Shown here: one piece after another, positions 37,903 to 50,410 of the stretch
How the letters are laid out: the number at the start of each line of letters is the position of its first letter
How positions within the stretch are numbered: the stretch's first letter is position 1
DNA from: Podarcis tiliguerta
Taxonomy: Eukaryota
Reading direction: 5' to 3' (one strand)
DNA length: 64,000 nucleotides
NCBI GenBank assembly: GCA_965153285.1
Contig: OZ229110.1
Notes under the pieces: generated by a model
What the model was told of the DNA's origin: nothing
Database searches by the model: none
Seen by the model: the letters and a program-made list of their open reading frames with translations, nothing else
Translations under genes and position numbers: made by a program

Positions 37903-39315
37903 AACACAACAGATAATAAGTGCTCCTTTTCCTGTTGAGTTTTCTGTGTTGTCTACCTGTAGTTTCTTGATCTTCTTTATAATTCCAGTCACTGACTAAA
38001 ATCCTGCTCACCAACATGTTTTTTTCTAGAAAAAACGGTGCCAGAATAGTCAAGATGCAAGCCCACCAGTAGCCGCTCCCAGTCTGAGAACCATTGTTTC
38101 AGATCATAGGCCACATCATTGCCCTTCCCTCTAGCAATCTGTTTACGGAAATTTAGCAAACTTAAGAGTCTTCTGACATAACCATGAAGACTCTATGCCT
38201 ATATATGGAGTAGGTAATGCTTTCTATCAGTGAAGCAGGTAGCACTGAATACCAGCCTTTATCTTCACATTAAATAGTATTTAACAGCTTCTTGCTGACC
38301 TTTAGCTCAAAATTAACTTAAACAGGATGGGTTTGTCCATATGATTGAGGCACCATTACCATGCCTCTGAGGCCTGTTCTGAATTACAGCCCTATTGTAC
38401 ATGCGGCCACCACATCAGTATAGGATATTAGGCCATTCAAGCACAACATTAGATATGTTGAAGTTCAAAATGAGAAGTCCTCGCATCCTAAACTATTAAT
38501 TGAAACTACATTCACTTGGAATCAAGAGGGCATCTTCTAAATGCAAGTGCTCAGTCCTGCATTGCAAATTAGGGATTTGGAACAAACACACACAGCTTAA
38601 AATTGCCACTTTTTTCAAAACAAAGATATACATAATATGCTGACCGGCATTCTTGGACTGAAGATCTGTGTACTTGATGTTCTTGGTGATTTGAGCTATG
38701 TGCTATTTTTCAATCAGATATACGTTAGGTGTAATTAAATTACCGCTGCACCATCAAGTATAACGGTTCTGATAAATTGTGCCTCCAAGCTGGCCAAACA
38801 TAAGAAGCTTCTTTGGGTCCTTAGAGATGTCTTGCTCTGAGGAAACTGAAACTCTTCTAGCTTCTATAGATGAGTTGAATTAAGAAGTTCTCCAAGTTTG
38901 ACTGGAGAAATCTTGAAAGAGTTCCACCAGCTCAGAATGCAAAGTTGAACTATTAAGAAAAATACAGGCATAGCCTTGTTGTAGGACAAAGCTTTCTCCC
39001 AAAAGCACAACTCATAGATGAAGGTCTCTATAACCTTTGGCCCACAAACTTTTGCAGGGCTACCTTTTCCATGCCACCAAGCAGGAATTAATGGACTCCA
39101 GGAAGAATATACTGGCTCTATTTGGTTTGAATTCAGAACAAATATTTCCTCACTTAAAATATTAAGGTATGAGACACTGCATATATGTTTTTTATGATTA
39201 AAGTTGCATCCAACTTCATATCTTAAATAAAATGAGTTCTAAACCAATGTCTGTTTCATTGGTTCTTTGCAAAAAATAAATAAATAATCCAGTGGCACTA
39301 CTATTGACAGAGTAA

Positions 39316-39657
39316 GGGACGCGGGTGGCGCTGTGGGTTAAACCACTGAGCCTAGGACTTGCCGATCAGAAGGTCGGCAGTTCGAAACCCGCGACGGGGT
39401 GAGCTCCCATTGCTCGGTCCCTGCTCCTGCCAACCTAGCAGTTCGAAAGCATGTCCAAGTGCAAGTAGATAAATAGGTACCGCTCTGGTGGGAAAGTAAA
39501 CGGCGTTTCCATGCGCTGCTCTGGCTTGCCAGAAGCGGCTTAGTCATGCTGGCCACATGACCATGTACGCCAGCTCCCTCGACCAATAAAGCGAGATGAA
39601 CGCCGCAACCCCAGAGTCGGTCACGACTGGACCTAATGGTCAGGAATCCCTTTACCT
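39316..39657 (+). mobile_element. Sauria SINE, full length
   Basis: 14-bp TSD ctactattgacaga/ctactattaacaga. Confidence 0.94.
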
Positions 39658-40639
39658 CTACTATTAACAGAAGCAACAACAAAACTGGTGGAGGAAAAAA
39701 GCAGAGTTTGGTTTTTTTGCATGGAACACTGAAACATATTTCAACAAAGTGTTTGATAATAGAAGAATACTTTCAAGGAAGAATAACATGCTTACTAGGT
39801 AAAGCTCCCCAGTTTGGCTTCTGTTGCCTTCCCCCCCCCCCCCCCCAGCACACCATCTAAAATTAATTTCTAACCCTGTTAATATGACTACCTAGTTTTC
39901 CTTTGTTCCTGTTCTCCACCTACCAAGGAACCTGTGTGTTTTGCCTAAGGATGGAGAAAGAACTGAGTAACAGCTGATGGTTTTACTTCTAGAGGTGAAG
40001 AATCTGCCATTACGTGTTCCTTTTCCCCAGGAAACCTTCCTGATACCTGCATAGCACAGCCACATTAGAAGGTCTGCTACCTCTTCCCACAGTCTACCTT
40101 AAGACTCTTACCAGAGGCAAACGCAGCTGGCTTGAACACCAGACAAGATGTGTGCATTTTTTCCTCCCTTGCTTTTTCTTTACCACCTTGTCTGATGAAC
40201 AGTTCCGGAGAACTCAAAAGCTTGCACACTATTGCAAGACATTTTGGTTGGCCTAATAAAAACAATATCTGAAAGTGGATTTCAGGGTGCTTGTTTTTTA
40301 TGTGGGAACTCTAAACAAATGCTTTCATGTTTGAAATTTATATTGTGCTTGGCATTGTTTTAAGAAACATAATGCACCCTTCCTAACCTAATTAGTCCCT
40401 AATTGTGTTTCCATCTTCTGCCCTTTTTATTTACACACACACATAAATTTGTTGGACATGGAATCAACTCAAGTGCATGTTTCAAGAACAACACAGGGCT
40501 AGGAAATGGATGCTCTTTTTTCATTATCGCATAACAGGCTTGATTCTTGCATCTCTCACTCTTCAGAAACATGATGGAGAAGGGACAGTTGGCTGTTGGG
40601 AGTAATGGATAAATGGTGTTAGTAAGTGGGCTTCTAGAG

Positions 40640-40773
40640 CAGGCATAGGCAAACTCAGCCCTCCAGATGTTTTTGAGACTACAATTCCCATCATCCCTGA
40701 CCACTGGTCCTGCTAGCTAGGGATGGTGGTAGTTGTCCCAAAACATCTGGAGGGCTGAGTTTGCTTATCCCTG
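40640..40773. mobile_element. Palindromic hAT-type MITE
   Basis: Perfect 8-bp TSD ttctagag at 40632-40639 and 40774-40781. Confidence 0.92.
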
Positions 40774-42089
40774 TTCTAGAGTTTCAAGTTTCCATCTTCA
40801 TATCTGCTGAAGATTTGAGTCTCATGAAAAATTGTGGAGAAGTCAAAAGTTTGCTCATAACTTTGTGACAAGTTGGTTGGTCCCATCAAAGAGAATACTT
40901 TTTTGTTGTTTTGTGGAATCCCTTCAACACATAAAATGCACAAACAGAGCTAGCTATTTTTGTCTAATTTTCTGTGAAAGTGTACCTTTATCTGTCCCTT
41001 CTTTTGTGTTGTTTCATTAAAGGCAAGACATATTTTTAAACAAACAAAAAAGACTTTTTAAGAAGTTTTCACTCACAATGTCATTAGAAGCTTGTAACTT
41101 GTATCATTGTGCTTCAGTTAGTTGTGCATGATGGAAGGAAGGTAGAGAATAGTGTGCCCAGGAAAATGGGACACCACACAGTGCCCAGAGTGCAGCTGGA
41201 CGTCATATCAAGTGAGGACTCTCATGTTTGCGCATAGTGTCTGGCTTTGAATACATCTCTGGCTTACGAACATGCCTTACCTGAAGTTAATCCATCTAAA
41301 ATGTCACATTTTGAAATAAAAATGATCTGCATTCAGAAAATTATCACAGTGGGGTGTGGATTGAGATAGAACCTTTTTCCCCTCTGTGTTAACATTTTTT
41401 TTATTCCTCTCTCAAGTAAACACAGAAAATTTATCTCGCAAGTGAAGTCTGAAGCAGTGCAGTCCATTCTCCCACCTCATTCTGTTGATTGTGTAGACCA
41501 GCCCTGAGTTGCAATCAAATATATGCATTACTGTGTTAATCAGATGATATGCCGTCACAATGACTACAGTTCTTGAAGAAAGCTGATTAAGCAATGAATC
41601 TCACCAGGTAGCTTTGGACAAGTTGCTGTAATGAGGTCATTGTAAGATGAATGTGAGCTGTGTAGATAAATGCGAATGTTCAGTACATAAAGATAAGTTA
41701 CGGAAATGATGTTATCCATGATTCATGGGTGGGGAGAAGCTGCTGGGAGAAAAATAAACCAAAAAATGTATTTTTGTGGTTGTTGCTTAAGTCTTTTTCT
41801 AAATTTCTGAATAGATTTCCACATTTTTGCTAATTAATACAAATTCTAGGATTGGGCATTCATCAACAAAAAGTTTGCTAATTTTATTTCCCATCATCCT
41901 GGTTGATGTTCAGAGAAGGCACCGGTTCCACCTAACAGGATAGTGCATTGCTACATCCTCTGTAAAGAGCAGATCACTAGTCTTGAAGACAAATTCTATT
42001 TGAAATGTTCCATGTTGTTGATTGGCTTTTAACCAGCTAAATATGTATGCTACAAAACCACACTGCAGTTGCTACTTTGAAAGAATGTA

Positions 42090-42332
42090 CAGTCGTACCT
42101 TGGTTTTCGAACAGAATGTGTTCCGGAAATCCGTCGGACTTCCGAAACGTTTGGAAACCAAGTCGTGGCTTCTGATTGGCTCCTGATTGCGCAGGCATGC
42201 TGGAAACAATAGCGGAAGCCGCATCGGACATTCAGCTTCCAAAAGAATGTTCAAAAACCGGAACACTCACTTTGATCGTTCGGGAGCCAAAATGTATGAG
42301 TACCAAGGCATTTGACAACCAAGGTACGACTG
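42090..42332. mobile_element. Tc1/mariner MITE, family B
   Basis: TA|cagtcgtaccttggtt ... aaccaaggtacgactg|TA. Confidence 0.9.
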
Positions 42333-45184
42333 TAAAAGGACAGGATCATTGGTGTAAGAAGATGTTGGTTATCACTCAGCTGTCACTCACTATTAGAAGG
42401 ACATCTAAAGCTAAAAGTAAAGGGACCCCTGAAAGTTAAGTCCAGTTGCAAACAACTCGGGGGTTGCAGTGCTCTACTTTTGCCTTTATTGAGATTTGCA
42501 AGAAAATGCCCTATTGGAACACACTCATAACTTTATTAAAAAAATAAATTCAAGGTTCATTTGGCATTGTGGAAAATAACAAGACAAAAACTTGAGGCGC
42601 TGGCTTAACTGAACACACCTGTTCCAGTTACTTGTGGTTCCTACTGTCGGAAGAAATAGAGAAGAAAGTACACTCTCAACCTTTCATCAAAGTGAGGGGC
42701 AGGGAAAGAGAACTAAGAGATCTGTCACCTGCAGGGCACTAAGCTCTTTAGGAGTCCTGAGTTCTAAAAGCCTGTACTGCTTTAGTCACAGTCCAGATCA
42801 GGGATTGTGTCTACTATGAAACTAATGAATCTTAAGCTTAAGACTCCAGAGGGGTCCCAGAAATGACTTTAGTTCACATTGCTTAAAATTTTGGGATCTG
42901 TCTTGGACACATGGTGGGATCTATGTAAACCACTTAGAAGTCTATAACCAATAAAGCAGTTTGAAAGTTTTGTTAAATAAAATAAATAATAAATGTAGAT
43001 TGTATATAGAACCAAGTGACTAGGAGGGATCAGGTGTCCTGAACAAGCACCATCCCACTTTCCTAAAACTTTGAGCAGACCTGAGCTGATTTAGGTCTGA
43101 GTTCAACTGAAAAAACTTTTGTCTATGACAATTCTGAGTCATCTTTCCCAAGTTTGTCTTCATTTCAAGTCTATAAAATTGACTGTGACTAATCAGATTA
43201 TTTTAATTGCGACAGAAAGGGAGGGCAGTCTCATTTCTGGTGAGCTAAATATATTAGTAACCACACCTGGGTGGGTGGGGCTAGGCTAAAAAGCTCTCAT
43301 GAAAGGAGACTGTGGAGACATGGTTAATAAGGCAGATATAACTACCTATTGTGTGTTGGGCTTGAAGCGTCTTGCGGGTGGAGCTGAACAAATTTGCCCC
43401 TCCAGTCACACTCTTCAATGTAACGCTGAAATGAAGGCTCTCGTTAAAGAGTGCCAGAAGAACAAAGACACCATCAAGAGTCAAGAGACCGTAGCAGGTT
43501 TTTGGAATGAAAAGTCAGTTGAAATATCAAGTCACCGCACGTATTTGATCATCAGCATGCTCTTTCAATAAACTTTTATTGAAAGACCGTTACGTCCATT
43601 TTGCTTTTCCTTGTCCCTCTTACTTGGCTTATGGCTCTCAAACACATAGCACTTTTATCATTTAATCTTTGTTGGTTCTGCTTTATCACCCCCTTTTTCC
43701 TGTCCCAACTATTTTCCTTCTCGCAATATTGGTAAGATTTTTCAAGTTGCAGTACAAAGTTTTGCCAATCTGCATAAATAGGGTGCCAGGTCTCTAAAGG
43801 CCTCGCAGTCGTCCTCAAACCTGTGTATATATTTGGTTGAATGATCTAGCATTCCTTTACCCAAAGACTCAAGGCTACTAACAATGCATTAATGGAAGGA
43901 AATAGAATAATAGAAGGAAATTCGTTCTTGTAAATCACTTAGAGGTTTTACAACAATCAAGCAGCATAGAAATAAAAAATGAGCATGGTCCTGTGACACA
44001 CTTGTGCATATCTGTACTTTTGCTTTTCCCCAGGAAGCCTTTGGACAACCCTCTAGTCCCAATACCTATTGTAGGCATAATTGTAATAATTTTGTGTCTT
44101 TCCCATCTTCAGCCTAGCTTCCATAGCCCTCCCCTTCCTTTATTGTTTCTCCGTGTCCACTTTTAGATTGCAAGTCCAATGGTACAGGGACCTATTGAAC
44201 CCCTGGAAAATGTCGTGTGCATTTGGTGCTATAGAAATGAACAACTATAATAGTACGTATGATACATAATTACTGATCTCGTCGCATTTTTTACAGCTGT
44301 GTTTTTGAATCATCCCATCCTTTGTATCAAAAAAGCACAGTCAAGCTGTATTGTATGATTTTCTATGTGTTTCCCATTTGTTCTCCACTATCATGCTGTT
44401 TATTTTCATCTGCAGCTGCTCAGCCTTTGTTATCTTGCACGTAAATCATCTTTAATTAGATTGTAGCATGTATCTGGGGTGTATCAGCAAACTTAACAAT
44501 ATAAATAGAATTATCACTGGCACCTTCTTGTCTAAAGGCTAGGTTCCTGTCTGGTGGAGAAGGGGGGGGGGGGTATTTTAGCTGTACAATATCATTTACT
44601 GAGTGGCACTAGGCTGGTTTAGCTTCATCCTTCAGTGTGTGTCTAATTTGTATTAAATTAATTTTTCAGTCCTAAAGCAAAATAAGTAGCTTATTTTTGT
44701 TGCGCTCCCGTGGCATAGCTTTGTAATTCATTAGCAAATACAGGAACACAGAATGGTTGCTCCTCTCTGTAACCAAATATATTACTAGGGCACACAGGTG
44801 TAAACACTTTTTAAAGGCTATGAATCCTTTGCACACTTACTTGAGAATAAGCTCAACTGAACTCAGTGGTACTTCTGAATCAGCATAGGGTTGTGCTATG
44901 GGTTCAGTCGCAAGAGGAACTTGGAAAGCAGCCTTTTATGAAATTAGACCATTAGTCTACCTAGTTCACTACTGTCTGTCTAGTTCACAGCCATACCTGA
45001 AGACACCATGAACCTTTGCCTACAAAGCAATTCTCTTTACCCCTGAGCTATTAGGGGAAATCTAAACATGTGCTTAACTCTCCCAGTAAGATCTATGTTA
45101 TGAATGAGTGGACCAAGCCTTTACTTTTCTAAGTTTCCCGAGTTAATCTGATAATCATGTTTAACATGATTAACCATGTTAATC

Positions 45185-45695
45185 TGTTGCAGCAAAAAAC
45201 AACGAAAGGTCTTATGGCACCTTAAAGATCAAATTTATTTATTTTTTTATATAAATTTGCATGCCATTTCCCCATATAAATATGCTCAAAGCAGCTCAAA
45301 ACGGAACAAAATTGCAAATCAATACAGCATTACAAATATCAAATCAAAACGCAACAGTGCAACAAATAATTTGACATGATTATATGAACACGATAACATT
45401 TTAAAGCCGTCATAAAAAACCACTTGTTACAACATAGCAATTAAAGACCTATGATAAACATTCCAGTACAACTGCATGTTGTCACCAATAATATCACCAA
45501 CAGCCAGTGCAGAGAAATGGTGCAAAAACTAATATGTAAGTGTACTAAGTATATTATGGCATAAGCTTTCTTGAACTTCAGCCTACTTCATGCTTCTGAT
45601 GCCATGGACTTAAGTCCATGAAAGCTTATGCGATAATAATTTTGTTAGTCCATAAGGTGCTGTGATGTTTGTTTGTTTACTTTCGTGTTGCTGTT
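45185..45695. mobile_element. Decayed inverted-arm element (Penelope-like remnant) with an internal insertion
   Basis: gcaccttaaaga (~45218) vs tccataaggtgc (~45649); internal inverted repeat cataagctttc/gaaagcttatg. Confidence 0.45.
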
Positions 45696-46725
45696 TTTAA
45701 GGAAAAGATGAGTTTGCTTCTTTGCCATTTTCTCTGCTTGGTCTTTTTCTAGTACATTTTCACCACACTGTTTTTGTGTATTTGGTTACTCTTCCCTGCT
45801 CAGCTTGTGAGTCAGCCTAAACAGTCTGACATGTGTTCAGATTTTCCACTCCACCATGCTTCCTGTTTCAGCAACACATTTAGCCCAATAGCAGACATAA
45901 CAGGGGAAGATAAGGAGGAGGGTGGCATCGATTCTGTGTATCTTACACACATGGACACACCATCAGAAGTCTGAAGCGTTGCCCACAAGGAAGCATTACA
46001 GAAATAAATGCTTCAGTCAAGTGCGAATGTTCGCTGCAGTTGACATACAAAGGCAATAGTCGTGGAGGTGACTATACACTCTGCACATCTCCCAATTGCA
46101 AAATTCAAACCGGTTAAGGCTCCTGACACAGGCAGAAAAACACAAGGCAGCTTTGCAAACTGAGAGCGGAACACCAGAAGTAAGCAATAAGCGTAGCTAA
46201 ATTGCATTGCGCTTGTGGCAATGAAGCTTCTGACAGGGGTTATTAGCTTGAGCAGGTGACAACATTCCAGCTGTCCAGGCACTTAAAGCTGTTGGAATAT
46301 TCAGAGGAGGAACAGGCTTTAAAGAAACCTCAAAGTGCTTCAGGCCAGGACGGCCTGTACACTCTTGATGTGCGTGGGAAGACAGAAGTTCTAGGGAATC
46401 TGGCCAAGAGACAAGTTGGCAGAAGTGGGTCACATGAAATGGTCTGAACATTCAGAGAGCTGAGGAAACCATGGTGAGAATAGAGGGAAAGCATTACCCA
46501 GGGTCCTAGGAAGAGGAGGGGTTCTTCGTTGTTGGCAAGAAAGAAGTCAGCAGGGAAAGGGGTGCTCTTATCAACCATTTTAGTGTTTTGCTGTGTTTGT
46601 GTCAGATTTTATGTTTGATGCACCCTGCCCTGGGGTCACTTGCATGATGAAAGGAAGGCTGGAAGGCTGCAGAATGCAGACCAGGGAGCCAAACAAAGCA
46701 GATTATCAGGTCTTGTGGTCTAGAC

Positions 46726-47119
46726 CAGGGATGTCCAACAGGTCGATCGGGATAGACTGGTTGATCCCCAGGAGGTTGCTGTCGATCGTGGGCTCATTTT
46801 CCTTTGCTTTTGCCTAAGAGCACCCAGCCCCGCCCCCTCTCCCCTCTTCTGATCTCTGTAACAGAAGACGGAGTTTTTGCTGTGAGGCAAAATGCTTCCA
46901 CAGTGCTGTTTTGGTGAGCGACTAATCCCCTTCCCCCTTAAAACTTGCCCCCCTCAAATGGAAGTTTTATTCCAGAACCCGCACCCCCAAAATGGGCATA
47001 AAATGGGGTAGTACTCATCTCTTTAAAAAGGTAAAAAAAATTCACCTGAACCCCTTAAAAAAGCTCAACAACTTTGACCTGAAAGTAGAGCGCAGTCTCT
47101 CAGGAGTTGGCCACCCCTG
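46726..47119. mobile_element. hAT (Charlie-like) non-autonomous element
   Basis: cagggatgtccaac...gttggccacccctg ends; perfect TSD gtctagac. Confidence 0.85.
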
Positions 47120-47127
47120 GTCTAGAC

Positions 47128-47260
47128 CAACCATACTCAATCTACTGCCCTCCTACTATCTCAACTATAACTCCCCTTATCCCTGAACATGCTACATGCT
47201 GGCTAAGGCTGATGGGAGGTGTAGTCAAAACATCTAGAGTCACCAGATTGGAAAAGGCTG
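47128..47260. mobile_element. Older palindromic hAT MITE
   Basis: Degenerate hairpin flanked by gtctagac/gtctagat. Confidence 0.75.
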
Positions 47261-47454
47261 GTCTAGATCCTAAAATATCTATTTCTTTGAGAGCTACAAA
47301 TAAGACAAATTCTATTGTTGCTGTCCTGTTGTGGCTAAACCTGTGACAAGGGCCCAAAAGCAGAAGTACAGAGGAGTAGAAGCTGAATTCCACAAGCTTT
47401 ATTTAAACTGATTGAAAAAGCCCTTGGTTTCAGGCTTCTTAAATTTGCTGAAGG

Positions 47455-47536
47455 TTGTTGTTGTTGTTTAGTCGTTTAGTCATGTCCGACTCTTCGTGAC
47501 CCCATGGACCAGAGCACGCCAGGCACTCCTGTCTTC
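47455..47536 (-). mobile_element. ~80-bp BovB 3' tip with (CAA)n tail
   Basis: Matches 50411-50488. Flanks ttgctgaaggt/ttgcagaaggt. Confidence 0.88.
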
Positions 47537-48172
47537 TTGCAGAAGGTAAAAGGCCACAAAAGTTCAATGTACAATAATAGTATGGAATTATTATAGTGTA
47601 TATAGCAATAACATTTATCTTTTAGATCGTATTTTTATTTCAGGTATGGTTTTCCCCCATTTTATCCTTGCAACAACCCTGTGGAATAGGTTACTATGAC
47701 AAATACTGACCTGTTCATCCATTAACTTGGTTTTGATCTGACAGTCCTCTTCAGTGGAAAGCTCTTGCAGGAATGATGAGTAGCATGACAGAACACGAGA
47801 GGAGGGAATGCTACATATGTGAGTGAGAGAAGGAAGGGGAATGTGGGAGATCAGAGGATAATGTGTCCTGTAATGGACACACACACCCAAACCAAAACCC
47901 TTTTCTGTATTTTTTTTTAAAAAAGGTTTATGTGTTATTTGCACTACTTAATAGTGTCAAGAGAAACGAACGTCCAGCTGCTCCACAGAATTGTAAGAGA
48001 GACTTGCAAAAACTCTTCAGCCACAAACAACAGTGTAAAGAAATGTTGCGTTACCATTTTGTAGGGGAGGAGATGATAGCAAGTTTTGCAAGCCGTGAAG
48101 CTGATTCGTATTGTTTAATTCTGTTGGGGCGCCTGAGGATTTGACACTTGGAAGTTCAGGATTTTATATATA

Positions 48173-48655
48173 CTGTTGTACCTTGCTTCTCAAACGCCTT
48201 GGTACTCGAACAACTTGGAACACAAGCACTGCAAACCTGGAAGTAAGTGTTCTGGTTTGCGAACTTTTTTCAGAAGCTGAACGTGCTCCATTTTGGGTGT
48301 TATGCTTCCGATTTGTGTGCCCCACTTCCTTTTTGAGGTCTGTCTGTTTTTGCTATTTATTTTGTGTTTTTGTGGCTCTTTTTTTTTGTGTGTGACTGTG
48401 TGGAACCCAGTTCAGCTACTGATTGATTGAGTGACAGCAGTACATTGTTTATTGCTTTCATTTTATGGATCAATGGTCTCGTTAGATAGCATAATTCATG
48501 TTAAGTTGCTGTTTTAGGGGTTGTTTTTAAAAGTCTGGGACAGATTAATCCATTTTGCATTACTTTCTATGGGAAAGCGCACCTTGGGTTTGGAACGCTT
48601 TGGTTTTGGAGCAGACTTCCGGAACGGATTAAATTTGTGAACCAAGGTACCACTG
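48173..48655. mobile_element. Longer (~480 bp) Tc1/mariner (Tigger-like) non-autonomous element
   Basis: TA|ctgttgtaccttg ... ccaaggtaccactg|TA. Confidence 0.82.
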
Positions 48656-48951
48656 TATACACACACACACAATTGATCAGCTTTGGTGGGGAGGTGAGAG
48701 TTGAAGAGGGATCCCACTCCCCTTCTTCATCATAACTTCTTGTCACACCACCCCTGGCATTGCCCCTGGTAGGACTACCAGCAGAGCACAGTGCATGACT
48801 AGGTCCTGCTTCTGCTGCCCACGTCGTGTTTGTTTTGGCTTCCATCTCTTAAAACCAGTTTCCTGCGTGCAGGTAGTGAAGCAGGTCTCCTCCTCCCATT
48901 CCCACTAATAATCCTCTCACACAGCAGGCAGAGAACTTCCTGAACTGGAAT

Positions 48952-48952
<1 letters not shown>

Positions 48953-48994
<42 letters not shown>

Positions 48995-49005
48995 TAGATA
49001 GATAG
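48953..49005. repeat. (GATA)n microsatellite with one interruption
   Basis: Read directly from the sequence. Confidence 0.95.
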
Positions 49006-50057
49006 CCATAATGCTTACTAAATCTAGGCATGATCCAGCCAAAGTTAAGCACGTTTAAGCCCCTTTTGTTTTCTCGGTCAGTTCTTTGGTTTGCCTGACT
49101 TAAGCCATCCATATATATTGTATGAGAGCTCTTGTACGCAAGAGTGTTTTAGGATTTCTGTCACCTAGCTGTGAAAGAGATTTCTTGCCTATTTTTTTAT
49201 TTCTGTAATTAAAGCTCAAATACAGATAAACAGCATGGAATTACATTTGAAAATATCCAGAAGGCACACTGACTGCATTCAACAGTAACGTCCTGTAGGA
49301 AAATAGAGGCATCATCTTTTTAATGTGAAACATGCCTCTTGTATGTGCCTTGGTTAATCCATTCAAATTGTTTTGCTCCCGCTAATGAAAACCCTTGAAC
49401 CCAGTATGAGAAAGCAAAGGCTGTGGGCTGGGATTCATTCTTTGATTAGGTTTAAAATGGGTTTGAGGCAGCAAACCTGGTTTTCACAAAGTAGAAACAC
49501 CAGGGAAGCAAGCTTCTTTTAATCTGCACTTTGCATTAAATTTGATTCCATCCCTGGTATTAGTCATTATAGTTCCAAAGGTTTTAAAAATGAGATTCAG
49601 AGATGGAGAAAATGCTGACTAGTAATTCTATACATAAGAGCTAGAAGGATTCTCCCAAGTAGTTGCAGAAAAATATTATAAACTGCAATTTTAAGCCGGG
49701 AACTTCCAGTTGCTGGTACAACCCCTAGCAGAAATGCCAGGTTACTGTAAGAGTGAGTCACCCAGGCAGATGGTTACAATAAGCACATGCTTGTCTTAAC
49801 TAGAAAAAAAAAATGTGATTGTTAGAGTAATTGGACATGATACACTAAATTAGACTCAATGATGCACTAAAAAAAAAGTATTGGTTTCAGAATACGTAAA
49901 TACTACAAATAGGCTATTGGGTCATCTTCATGCTATTTTTATATTCATTTTAATATAAATTTCCTGTACAAGATGGCAATCTTGATGGACAATCTTGTGT
50001 GGTAGAACAGAAGAACGGCTTGCACTGAGTTGTTTAGGACTGTTTTAGTACTGTATA

Positions 50058-50410
50058 AAAAGGTAAAGGGGCCCCTGACCATTAGGTCCAGTCGTGGACA
50101 ACTCTGGGGTTGCAGCGCTCATCTCGCTTTATTGGCCGAGGGAGCCGGCGTACAGCTTCCGGGTCATGCGGCCAGCATGACTAAGCCGCTTCTGGTGAAC
50201 CAGAGCAGCGCACGAAAATGCTGTTTACCTTCCTGCCAGAGCAGTACCTATTTATCTACTTGCACTTTGACATGCTTTCGAACTGCTAGGTGGGCAGGAG
50301 CTGGGACCGAGCAGCGGGAGCTCACCCCGTCACGGGGATTCAAACCGCCAGCCTTCTGATCGGCAAGTCCTAGGCTCTGTAGTTTAACCCACAGCGCCAC
50401 CCATGTCCCT
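50058..50410 (-). mobile_element. Sauria SINE (its first 12 nt are duplicated at 50915-50926)
   Basis: Full body. Outer TSD ttagtactgtata at 50045-50057 and 50929-50941. Confidence 0.93.
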
